Of a DNA stretch of 64,000 nt, positions 1 through 10,888 are shown in pieces. Positions within the stretch are counted from its first letter, which is position 1, and every line of letters starts with the position of its first letter. The notes under the pieces were generated by a model. It was not told the origin of the DNA and ran no database searches. It was given only the letters and a program-made list of their open reading frames with translations. Made by a program: the position numbers and the translations under genes. The DNA comes from Neoconidiobolus thromboides FSU 785 (Eukaryota; Fungi; Entomophthoromycota), in assembly GCA_025603075.1 (NCBI GenBank), contig MU626332.1:31053-95052 (forward strand). The letters run 5' to 3'.

Positions 1-1630
1 GTAGCTGGTGAGAATCAACATAAAACAAATAGCCCATCTTGTCATTAACAAAGTAAAGCCAGTCAAGGTTTATTTTTAGTTTCGGAATTAAATTTAACTT
101 GATACTATTTGTTATAATTGTTAAATCAATAATAATATAATGATAAGCTTGTTTACCTTATCTCATATGAATTGTATAACTTGGTAAATTCTTGTTCAGT
201 TTTTATGTGAAGTATTTGATTATTAACCTAAAAGCAACGATTAATATATTAGTATATTGATAAACTACTGATTGAATACTACTTTATTAATTAAATTATC
301 TTTAATGATAAAAATACTAGCTGACAATAACTGAAGATTATTTTTATTAACTAGCTCATTATTACTCTCATCTTTATTATCATCTTTGTTGTATTTTTGT
401 TTATAGTATGAAGCCACCAATTGGTCGTTACAATTCAAGATGAACTTTTTATATTGGATGCTTTTGTATTTTAATAAGTGAACTTCCGCTTGTCTAAATA
501 AATCAGAGTAAAATTTAGGATACTTTAAATATAACCGATATATCATGTCCAAGAAAAAATTCCTATTGTTCATTATTAAATTTAAATGGGCTATCAAATT
601 ACCATCTTTGCAATTGACGTATTTATTAATTAATTTACAATATAGCCTTAGTAACTTTTCATCTTTACTAATAATATACTGATACCCTAGATTGCCTATT
701 AATATAATAATATCGAATACTTTTTTGGTTATCTCTTCATCTCCATTGCTATTAATGTCAATTAAGCTAATCTCAGCAAATAAAACGAAGCTAATTTCAA
801 TTTGGTCAAACTGATTAGATTGGTTTAATTTAACATTAATAAACTGTATGATTTTATCTAAAAAATAGTCATAATAAATAGCATCATTATGAACCAGAAA
901 GCGGATAATTTCCTGAATGATAACAAAATAATTGCTTTTTACTTTTGAAATATTATCAATTATCAAATTAATTATATACTCATAATTTTCTTTAATAATC
1001 AATTTTAACATTAATAGTAAAAAATATTTCAAATTACTTTCACTGGTTTGTTCATTAATATCAATTAGATTAACAACAAAATTAGAGTATGTAGTCTTAT
1101 TTTGAATTAAATATGCTTCATTTTTTTGTATTTTACTAATTAAATTCCCCTTCTTTAGCCAATTTAAGTACAAAAAATTAATCTTTTCTTTTTCCTCTTC
1201 TTTCTCTTCTTCATTTTCATAAATCTCATAATTGTTAAACAGATGATTAAAATACTTCAAGCTCAACGCTATCAACTCGTTATTATTACTGTTTCTTAAA
1301 TGATACTCACTTTCATTCTATAAAAAATATAAAAAATATAAACTAAAATAATAAAACATACTTTGAAAAAATTCCTTATATTCCTATCCTTAATATCAAA
1401 CATATGTTCCATACACCAAATTTTCAAATATAAGCTGTTAAATTGGTATAAATAAAACACAAAGAGCTCTTGTCTTAATCCATAATTTATTTTAATTTCT
1501 TTGATCACTGTTTCCATTTTTTTCTCTTCTTTTATCCATATTACTTCTTGAATCTTTTTAATTATATCTATTTATTCATTAGTAAATTATCTTTATTTTC
1601 TTGTCTATTACTTTCATTTTCATCCTCCAT
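1..1630 (-). CDS. Hypothetical multi-exon helical protein; 3' part runs off the left edge
   Basis: ATG at 1630 (MEDENE), GT-AG intron 1611-1568, then an exon in frame with ORF 1296..1517 and ORF 265..1275; further short exons below 265. No family recognised. Confidence 0.6.
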
Positions 1631-1678
1631 CTTTTCAACTTAAAAACAAACAAAGTTAAAACTGATCTTATCTAATGC

Positions 1679-1788
1679 AGTCATGCTTATAAATATTGGC
1701 GTAAAATTCTGTTTGCTGTGAAAAATTATTTAACTAATTTTTTAGTCACAGTAAATAGAATTTTACGTCAATATTTATGATCATGATT
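1679..1788 (+). repeat. Long near-perfect hairpin (33-bp core arms 1689-1721 / 1746-1778)
   Basis: ataaatattggcgtaaaattctgtttgctgtga is the reverse complement of tcacagtaaatagaattttacgtcaatatttat except at 3 positions, all G:U on the + strand. Pairing extends outward (tcatg/catga) and inward (aaaatta/taatttt). Confidence 0.85.
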
Positions 1789-2067
1789 ATAAACTATTTG
1801 ATTAGAACACAATTTATAAAAAATAAATTGTTTTGATAAATTATTTAAAATTCCATAGTTTTCTAATCATCTATCTAGGTAAAGTTGATTTTTTAAAAGC
1901 TAAAAATATTACTCTTGATATTTATAACCATCATTACCTTTAAAAGCGTATAGGTTCTTGATGATACTATCCTTATTTGAGTATCCCTTACAACCTAAAA
2001 ATTTAAATTTTTTGTGCAAAGGTGTAAAATATTTAATAAATATTCCTTAATCAACACAGTAAATAAG

Positions 2068-2140
2068 GCCTTCTTGGCTCAGTTGGCAGAGCGTCCGCCT
2101 AGTAAGCGGAAGGTCATTGGTTCGATTCCGATAGAAGGCA
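2068..2140 (+). tRNA. tRNA-Thr(AGT)
   Basis: Cloverleaf: GCCTTCT/AGAAGGC acceptor stem, TGGCTCAGTTGG A-box, TCCGC-CTAGTAA-GCGGA anticodon arm, GGTTCGATTCC B-box, followed by a T5 Pol III terminator. Confidence 0.97.
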
Positions 2141-2461
2141 ATTTTTATAATCAGAAATACTATAATTTTAATGCAGATACTTAAATACAATGAAACAAGA
2201 ATATCTTTACAATACGTTTGTTTAGCTTCTCTCTAATATGAAGTAAATTAAGTAATACAAATAGTTGATTCGAATAAATACTTTAAAGAGATTAAATTCC
2301 ATTACTTTGACTGTTTTAATTCAAATCCATTGATTTTTGAAAATAATAATCCAAGTTTTTATTTATAGCTAATCACAGTATTATTTGTAGTCTTAGTATT
2401 AAATTTTGGTAAAATTTAAATATTTTATTAAATAAAAAATATAATGATACAATACCATCAC

Positions 2462-3842
2462 CTATTCCTTCCAATTTAACGAGTATGAAAGTGATTTAGG
2501 AACTTGATCAAATGCATCGGAATGATTCAAAAGATGTGGAGGAAGAAATTCTTCTATGACTTGGTCTTCTTGAATAGTTGAAGGAATACCAACAGGCTTC
2601 ATTTTGTTCATATGAATTGGTATTGGTACAGAACTTGAATATAAACTATTACTCGTATTATCTACATTTTCTTGCTCTATTTTGAAAAATCATTATTAGT
2701 TTTTACTATTGTGTTCTAATAATATAGCATTTACCTAAATCTAATTTTATATCATCATCATCATCAAAGGTTGAATACTTCTTAAATCGAGACGCATTCC
2801 ATTTACCCTGAGCTACAAAAGAGCCAGGAATAACAGCGTTTTCGACTAATGAATCATCAGTTTCATTAACTTCAAGGTTATTACTACTGTCTATTTTGAT
2901 ACTATTATTATTATCATTTATATCTTCATCTAAATCAAATAGATTTTCATCGCCTTCGTCTTCGTTAATAGCATAATGGTCTTCATCTGAAGAGAAATCC
3001 GACATTTCCAAGTTACATGCTTTAGGTTTTATTGGTGGTGAATGTATGTCACCAATAGTAACATTAATACTATTTAAAGCAAAAGGATCTTTATTGTCTT
3101 GTCTTTGATTGATAATTAGTTTATTTTCGATCATTTGTTTCTCTTTTTTACTTTTATTTATCTTCTTTGAATATGCTTTCTTCTGTTTTTCAATAAACTC
3201 CTCAATCTTTAATTCCATTTTCAATAACTCTTTCTTCTCGAAATCTTTTAATTTGGCTAATAGCAGCTCATCATCTAAAAAATTGTCAATTCTTGCTCAT
3301 GAGCTATTTTTCAAATACCTTACTTTTCTTTTCAATCCTTTTATCTACTTCATCTTGAGTCACAACCATTCTAAAACATTTGGAATAATCTTCTCTCTTC
3401 CTTACAATTTCGGCTTTTTCCTCATTCTAATTATTTAACAATTAAAAAAAATTAGAATTTGTTTTGGGAACTTACTAGCAAGTGTATATTAAATAAGATT
3501 GGCCTTGTATCAGCCTGAAAAGCGGTTGAGTCTGTAACGTCATAGGCATACACTTCATAGTTGCAATTAATACATTTAGTAAAACTAAAATGGTCTTTTA
3601 TCTCTCTTTTTGTCAGATTAATATATTCCTAAGACAACATTTAAAACATTACATATACTAAAGGAAACTAAATTTACCACAGCAGCTCCGTTCCTTTGCA
3701 ACAACGACCATCTAAACCCTTGGAATATTTCATCATGAACCCCATCATCAGCTTCTTCCTTTTTTAGTTCTGTTTTCAAATTTAATCTAATGTTCAAACA
3801 CGGACAATAGTATGATTTATATTCTTTAGGTGAGCTATTCAT
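2462..3842 (-). CDS. Multi-exon hypothetical protein with N-terminal YCPCLNIRL motif, acidic middle and C-terminal SSSVPIPI...EEFLPPHLL motifs
   Basis: ORFs 3618..3842 and 2706..3224 plus intervening exons. The last exon reads ENVDNTSNSLYSSSVPIPIHMNKMKPVGIPSTIQEDQVIEEFLPPHLLNHSDAFDQVPKSLSYSLNWKE* (TAG at 2462-2464). Confidence 0.65.
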
Positions 3843-4932
3843 CTTTAAAATTTGAAATTGATTTTTAGTGATTTGTGGATGATATTTAGTAAAACTTTGC
3901 TTTTTATTGGTTGTACTAATTTACATTTAGTATTAGTCATAAATGTTTAATGAGTAATTTGCATGAACTTGGGATAGATTTGCGAAAAAGTTTAATTTAA
4001 TAATTTGCAAATATTAAAGTTCAATTTAATAATAATCATTTTGTTTTAAATTCTATGTAATTAGAGGCATTGTGAAATTTACATATAAAATAAGATAATT
4101 TTTCCAGTTAAAAAAGATACAATTATCGAAAAATACAATTAATATAAATCAACGTAATCAATTTTCATTGTATTTAATTTAAAAACCTTACTTATGCTAA
4201 TAAACTGATAAAATTTATTCAAATATATGAAATTTTTGAAGTAAAAATTTATAATGCTCATTGAGTGTATTCGATTTATATCAATAGAAAAGGACATTAA
4301 ATATAATACTATATCATACTTTTGCTATCACCAAGGATCTGTTATAACTTCTTATTAGCTTTAGAACTATATTTTATTCTTAATCTAAAAATTAAAGGGT
4401 TATATCAATAGCATTAGAGCTTATTTTATAAGAAAAATTTAATTATTAAATAAAAGAGTGTTTTACAAAAGTTGACTTTAAGTTATCTAATTTGAAGGAA
4501 TAGAAACTATAATTAAAGGAGACACTTAATACACAATTCAAGTTATTTAATTCCAATTAGAGTCATAGTAAATATGAACAGCAAGCAAATAAAATAAGGT
4601 TCTAAACTTAAGTCATAAGATTTGAGTACAGAAATAGTTAAGACTAAGACTAAAAATAAAAGTCAAATAAAAGGAGTCGAGCTTAAGACTACACTTTAAA
4701 TAATAAATAAATAGATTTATTTATTAAACATATTTAAATATTTTATTTTATTTTATTTTTAATAATCAGCTACATCAATTTTGGAAATTAAAATACCAAA
4801 ACTACTTTATTAATCCTGCCAAACCAACTTGTTTAAAAATATAAAATTAGTAAGAACATAAAATAAAAGAAAGCTGACAAAGAACATATAAATAGATAAA
4901 GATTTCTTCTTTAACTCCTTATTTTAAATTAA

Positions 4933-5919
4933 ATGGGTTTGAACGTTTTTGTTGTAGAGATGATCGGTGATATACTGGGGGTAATAAGCATCTTATTAAA
5001 CCTGATAGTAGCCACCACAGTCTTTTTTCTATGGAAAGAATCTGGGCTACTGTTAGGATTAAGTTTTATTTTACTAATCATATTCTGTGACATTACACTG
5101 CCCATTGTTGGAATAACCCAAGAAGTAGTAACTTTATCAACAAACCATAATCCAATGCGAGATGTCGTAGGTTGCCAAATACTAGGAGTTTTCCACAATG
5201 TTATGCCTATCGGAAGTAGTTGTGGGGTAGCACTTTTATCTTTAGAGCGGTATTTAATTATCAAAGATCTAAAAGTGCCCAAAGTAATCCTTTGGATTAC
5301 TGCAGCTGCTATGGTTGGTGGTACTTTAGTCTTAGCTATAATAACTGCTATTAACCATCAATTTGAATACACATCTTCTTATATGATATGTATGGGCTCC
5401 CCAGTAGGTGGAATTGCTAGTAAGAGCTTATACTATTTCATGATCCTTATATTATTTACAAATACCTTGATTATCCTTTACTGTTATTACGGAATTTTAA
5501 AAATTAGGAATAAAACAAAAACATTGACTGGTATGAATTTAGAATCAACTAATCACTCAAGTCAGTTTTATCGATTAGATGATAATAATAATAGTATTAA
5601 AGACCACAGTGTTACTAACAAGGAAAAAATAAAAAAAGGAGTTAAAATAGAAACCAAGTTGTTTTTTAAAGCAGTATCATTTGTAGCTTGTTATGTACTA
5701 TTTGTATTACCGTCTGTTATTTTAATGATCTATTATAGTGTTATGTCCAATAATAATACAAATTTTACTTTAAACGGGGTATTGTCGTCTATCATCTTTG
5801 CTTCACTCTATTCCTTTTCACTCATAAATCCTATTCTTTTGCTATTTCTTCATAATAAGGTATATGTCAAGTTTAAATCTTTGTTTGTATCACTCTTAAG
5901 GTTAATTCAGCGTAGGTAA
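4933..5919 (+). CDS. Class A (rhodopsin-like) 7TM GPCR, intronless
   Basis: Seven hydrophobic segments, TM2 Asp (FCDIT), TM3 Cys (VGCQ), ERY motif (LSLERY), ECL2 Cys, TM7 LINPIL. Confidence 0.85.
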   Translation: MGLNVFVVEMIGDILGVISILLNLIVATTVFFLWKESGLLLGLSFILLIIFCDITLPIVGITQEVVTLSTNHNPMRDVVGCQILGVFHNVMPIGSSCGVALLSLERYLIIKDLKVPKVILWITAAAMVGGTLVLAIITAINHQFEYTSSYMICMGSPVGGIASKSLYYFMILILFTNTLIILYCYYGILKIRNKTKTLTGMNLESTNHSSQFYRLDDNNNSIKDHSVTNKEKIKKGVKIETKLFFKAVSFVACYVLFVLPSVILMIYYSVMSNNNTNFTLNGVLSSIIFASLYSFSLINPILLLFLHNKVYVKFKSLFVSLLRLIQRR

Positions 5920-6114
5920 CTAATAATGTTATAAAATAAAATAAAATGAGTTATACATCAATATTTAGTTACTTTGACCAACCATGATTTTCATTAAAAG
6001 ATAAAACCCAAATTTTTTAAAAATAAAACAATTTTACCGATTAGGTAATAATTTGAGCCCCAAGTTACAATATGTTTTTATCAAAAGTTAAAAATAATTA
6101 GACAATACATCCAA

Positions 6115-6187
6115 TGCCTTCTATCGGAATCGAACCAATGACCTTCCGCTTACTAGGCGGACGCTCTGCCAACTGAGCCAAGAAGGC
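6115..6187 (-). tRNA. tRNA-Thr(AGT), identical inverted copy
   Basis: Exact reverse complement of 2068..2140. Confidence 0.97.
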
Positions 6188-6723
6188 AATCAACATTATT
6201 AATAGAAACTAGTATAGAATCTTTATTTATTAATTTCCAACAAGGTTGGAATTTTAACGATGGTTGCAATTAAAATCCAGTTTTTTGAACAAACACTAAG
6301 TAAAATTACAATAGAATGGATGAAATCTCATTTCAATAATTTATGTCTTTTAGGCAGAGTAAGCTTTGACCAAGAAACTAATTTGATTAACAATAGATAG
6401 CATTTTAAAAAAACTTAAGCATAGTTTTATAAACATTTTTAACTATTAAAAGTTTTTATAACGTTTGAGAATTTCATTAAGATATTAATTGAATCCAAGC
6501 AAAAATTTAATTTTGCGTTAATTTTTGGCTTAATTTTATAAAATTTTTTTTTTGAATTAATAAATAAGCTTATACTTATAGCTTTAATTATAATTAGTGA
6601 GAATCACAAATTAGATTATAACCTTTAACTATGCTTTGTTACCAAGTGGTTAATACTAGCTATTTTTGTAGATTCTTTTAATAATATTAAAAAAGTATTT
6701 CATTGGACTAATAAATAACAAAT

Positions 6724-6822
6724 GGGGATGTATTTTTGTGTTTAAGAATTTTACTATCAACTTTTCCGCTTAAATAGCGCTTGAAAAATGGAAAAAATAA
6801 TGAAGTTAAAAAAAACACTCCC
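6724..6822 (-). mobile_element. ~98-bp MITE, copy 1
   Basis: GGGGATGT...ACACTCCC ends; AAAT direct repeat on both sides. Confidence 0.85.
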
Positions 6823-6875
6823 AAATAATAAATAATAAATAATAAACAGTAAATAATAAATGACAAATAATAAAT

Positions 6876-6972
6876 GGGGATATGTTTTTGTATAAGAATT
6901 TTACTAGCAATTTTTCCACTCAAATAGCACTTAAAAGGTGGAAAAAGTGATGAAGCCAAAAAAAACATCCCC
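6876..6972 (-). mobile_element. ~98-bp MITE, copy 2
   Basis: GGGGATAT...ACATCCCC; AAAT TSD at 6872-6875 and 6973-6976. Confidence 0.85.
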
Positions 6973-7121
6973 AAATATTAAAAAAAATAACTATAATTCA
7001 TATAATAAACTTAAAAATTTAAGTAATTTTAATATTAAAGAAACTTATACCAAATTTAAATAAAAAAACTTTATGTATAAATTTATAAATATGATTAATT
7101 TTATTCTTTATTTTTTATTAT

Positions 7122-8183
7122 TGTGAAATCTGATACTCAGTAGTTAGAGTCAAAAGGAGTTCTTGGTTGGTTGACTATACTGTAAGTCGAAAGCCCTTAG
7201 CTTATGTAACTAAGATAGACTTGAGTTATGAAGAATAGTACGTAATAGGTTACAAGCTATATAAGACAAATAGAATAGACAATACTATTGTAAAATCTAC
7301 GTAAAATACTATTAAGAAAACTTAGTGGCTTTATTAAATGTACGAGATATCAGGGAATAATTCAAGTCTATCTTAGTTACATAAGCTAAGGGCTTTCGAC
7401 TTACAATATAGTCAACCAGGCAATAGCTGTTATTGCCTCCAATCACTGAGTACCAGATTTCACAAAAGTACGTCCATAATTAACAATACATATTTTTTAA
7501 TAAAATTTTACAAAAATATGTGTTTGTTCATATATCATAACTTTTATTATTGATAATATATGGAGATGTATTTTTTTGTTGAAAATTTTACTAATAAATT
7601 TTCCGCTCAAATAACGCTTAAAAAATCGAAAAAGTGATGAAATCAAAAAAATACCTACACATATCAAATTACTCAATTTTTGTATAACAGATATTTTTAT
7701 GTAAATTTGATAAACTAACCTTTTTTTTTTTAAATAAATTCTAAACAAAGTTTTAAAATACAAATTGTGAAATATCGCTTTGTCAGTCCCATGGTTAATT
7801 ATAATATAATAATCGCCTAAGCTGTTGTGTTCTCGAGTTCGGAGAAAATCAATCCCACGCTCTTAGTTTGATTTGATGAGAATTTTTATCTTCGTCTCAA
7901 AGAATATTCTCCCCTCGTTTTGATATTTATACTTATTGGAGTATAAAATAGATTCTAAAACATAATAGTTCGAGGCTTTTTAACTGAATTATTCCCTGAT
8001 ATCTCGTACATTTAATAAAGCCACTAAGTTTATCAAACTTACATGTAGCTTGTAACCTATTACGTGCTATTCCTCATAATCCAAGTCTATCTTAGTCACA
8101 TAAACTAAGACCTTTCGACTTATAATGTAGTCAACCCAGGAATAGCTGTTCTTGACTCCAAACCCTGAGTACCAGATTTCACA
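7122..8183. repeat. Nested inverted-repeat structure A-B-A'...B'-A'
   Basis: A = 7122-7265 and B = 7318-7364; A' = 7361-7465 is an inverted partial A; 7985-8183 is inverted B+A. The B copies are identical over 47 bp, and A/A' share a perfect 43-bp inverted core. Confidence 0.85.
7562..7660 (-). mobile_element. ~98-bp MITE, copy 3
   Basis: GGAGATGT...ACCTACAC; ATAT TSD on both sides. Confidence 0.8.
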
Positions 8184-8306
8184 CAGGTGACAAAACGGGG
8201 TATTAGATAACTCAAGCAAGTTTTCTATATTAAATGATGTAGTTTTTAAAAGGAAATATAAATTCAATTCAAAGGCTAAGAAGTTAAGTTAATAAAAAGT
8301 ATATAT

Positions 8307-8404
8307 GGGAATGTTTTTTTAGCTTCAGCATTTTTTCCATCTTTCAAGCGCTATTTGAGCGGAAAAATTGTTAGTGAAATTCTTAAACCCTTAAATACAT
8401 CCCC
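8307..8404 (+). mobile_element. ~98-bp MITE, copy 4 (right TSD overlaps a pseudogene ATG)
   Basis: GGGAATGT...ACATCCCC; ATAT TSDs; right TSD 8405-8408 overlaps the ATG at 8407. Confidence 0.9.
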
Positions 8405-8406
8405 AT

Positions 8407-9100
8407 ATGTTTACTAGCGAAAAAGAATCTCTATTATCACCAAGTTATGATAAAATAGCTGAGAAGCAGAGGAGCTCAAACGGATCATCAGCTAATTATA
8501 GGAATCAAAAAAAAATTATGAATTTTGTAGTTTAGACATCAGGAATATTTAAAAGGATGGTTAGTATTAAAGGTAAAAACGGGGTAGAATATATAACTGA
8601 TATAAAGGCCAAGTCAGTTAAATTCAAGAATAAAAATGGGAATATAGTATTAAACTTAAAAGGGTGTAAATTTTATTATACGCGCACGTTATGGGAGATA
8701 GTTAATGTTTCTGAAAAACCAAAGTGTAGAAATATAAGGTTTTATTCAATAATTAAAGAAAATAAACCTTCATATTTAATTCAATTTTTCAATAGTGAGA
8801 ATATAGTAGTGGAATATAGTAGTGGAATATAGTAGTGGAATATAGTAGTGGAATATAGTAGTGGAATATAGTAGTGGAATATAATAGTGCAATATAAATG
8901 GGAGAAAAGCAATTATTATTCAATATAGAAATTGTATATATCAGATTCTAACGTTGTATTGAAATATGAGTATTCTTTCTTTTTTACATGCACTTTAACA
9001 ATTTGTTAACGTTAATGAACAAGATTTTGAAATTTATTTATTCTCTTTGGCTGTTATCTTAATCGACCACAAGAGTATAAAAAGGCAGCTTTCTAATTGA
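8407..9100 (+). pseudogene. Pseudogene paralog of the 48197..48814 gene
   Basis: MFTSEKESLLSPSYDKI...IMNFVV*TSG...EYITDIKAKS...LWEIVNV...YKWE...VNEQDFEIYLFSLAVIL aligns with the 205-aa paralog; it carries premature stops, a frameshift and a 13-bp tandem expansion. Confidence 0.88.
8799..8889 (+). repeat. 13-bp tandem minisatellite (GAATATAGTAGTG) x7
   Basis: Six perfect units plus one variant unit, no spacers. Confidence 0.95.
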
Positions 9101-9607
9101 TGATCAAGGATAAATAAAGTTAGTTGTGTATTTAGATCTTTGTTTTTCAATTAAAGTGTAACATTTTTTAAAATAAGGCATTATTATTTAAATCAAGGTT
9201 GTTACATCCACTTTATCTTTACCAAGCTATCTACTTTGAAATAGTGCTATTATATAAATATTTTTTGAATATTTTATTGGGATATAAAACCTTGTATAAA
9301 TTGATATATATTTACGTAACTCTAGAGTATAAGTAGCTATTATATATATGTTTATTTATTGTTTTCTACCTATAATGTAATAGAAGCTACAACTAAAAAA
9401 GTATATCGGGAATATGTGATAGTTTAAAGGCACAAACTTCTAATAGTAGCTATTTTTGTCTTTTAAAAAATGAGTCACTTCAATATTTAATATTTCAATG
9501 AAAATATTATAAGCATTCAATATGTCAAGACTGGATCTTTTGTATTATTGTATTCATTCAAATTATATATATTAAAAATTTTGATTTTCTAATAACTAAA
9601 AACATAT

Positions 9608-9705
9608 GGGGATGTTTTTTTTAGTTTCATTACTTTTCCATTTTTTAAGCACTATTTAAGTAGAAAAATTATTAGTGAAATCCTTAAGCAAAAAAATACA
9701 TCCCC
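9608..9705 (+). mobile_element. ~98-bp MITE, copy 5 (best preserved)
   Basis: Perfect GGGGATGT/ACATCCCC TIR, ATAT TSD, 98 bp. Confidence 0.92.
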
Positions 9706-9946
9706 ATATTGTAATATAAATATTAGATAATTAAAATATACAAAATTTTTCAAAAAAAGCGAGAGTAAACTAAATAACAATAATTTTTTAAACTGTATAA
9801 GGTAAGATAATAATAAAATGTTTTACAAATGATAATTTTATTATATAAGCATTTGATATAATTGAATCTAGTTAAACTCATTAGATTGAGATCTTAACAT
9901 AATAAAAAAGCACATATAGAGCTAGTCACTTAATTTCTATAATATT

Positions 9947-10511
9947 TCATCTTATTGTTAATAAAGTCCTCAGATGCTTGACAGTTTTCCTTGTGATTTA
10001 ATTCTTTACTTAAAGTTAATATTGTGTCATCTTCATACACTTTTAAATGCTCATCAAATTTCTACATTCAAATTAATGTTTCTTTTATTAATAACTATAT
10101 GATTTACCTTGATTAAGGCATCTAACTTATCATAATACCGGATATCATTAGGAATTAAACCATACGCATATAAATCCTCAATACATTGTTTGGTTTCGAT
10201 ATTGATATCGAAATACTTTGAGTGCTCACTAGGGCCTAACTTATCTTTGATCAATGGGAGCAACACTTCCTTTTCGGCTTTATTAAAAGCAGAAACTAAT
10301 AACTATAAGTATAGCTAAATTAACAATAAATTGTATTACCATGGGATATAATCTCAGTACTTAATTTGTATTTTTTATCACTGGCTGTTACCTTATTGAT
10401 GACAGAACTCAGATATGATATTAAATCATGACTTTTTTTAACCGCCAAAAATAGGTTTTCATCTTTAATATGCTTGAAATGGTGTAGATGGATCTCTATC
10501 ATTTGATTCAT
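9947..10511 (-). CDS. Diverged hemerythrin/HHE paralog lacking two His ligands and the C-terminal tail (possible pseudogene)
   Basis: Intron positions match the intact copy; VSAFNKAEKEVLLPLIKDKLG aligns to ISVHSVAEEIVVYPFVKDKLG; stop after FITIR (TGA 9947-9949). Confidence 0.65.
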
Positions 10512-10888
10512 TTAACTGTTTATATTCAATATGTATTTGTTTCTTAGCTTCGAATTATAGTACTATTACCTTATTTTTATACCAAAAGGCTTAAATATTC
10601 GAACTTCTAAAAGGTAAAATAAGATGATTTTCTTTAAATATGAATTAAGTACAGCTTAATCATGAAGTAATAATCAAGAAATTGTTTAACATTTAGCATT
10701 CATTGTAATTTTTTGAATTTTATTACTTAGAATTTATTAATCCTATAAATTTATTATTAAGAGACTGATTTTTTATTGAGGCAATTTTAAGCAAAATAAA
10801 AAAATTCAAAAAATTCATTGTAGGGTATAGGAAGCTGTGTTTATTTAAAAGGCAGCAGATAAAAGTATATTGTCTTAAAAAGCACAGT

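Noticed and set aside
4929-5282. Antisense ORF over the GPCR (likewise 3109..3438, 24243..24543, 33812..34000, 39938..40129, 42283..42495, 51564..51758, 55943..56131, 59471..59686)
   Set aside because: These are shadow ORFs opposite or overlapping well-supported genes.
6708-7763. Similar small ORFs (6708..6974, 7497..7763, 60554..60811) suggesting a micro-peptide family
   Set aside because: The shared 'FFLxSSLF...KRYLSGK...KIL' peptide is simply the translated MITE; start and stop positions are not conserved.
8799-8889. CRISPR-like array
   Set aside because: The 13-bp units abut with no unique spacers, the context is eukaryotic and there are no cas genes; it is a minisatellite expansion inside a pseudogene.
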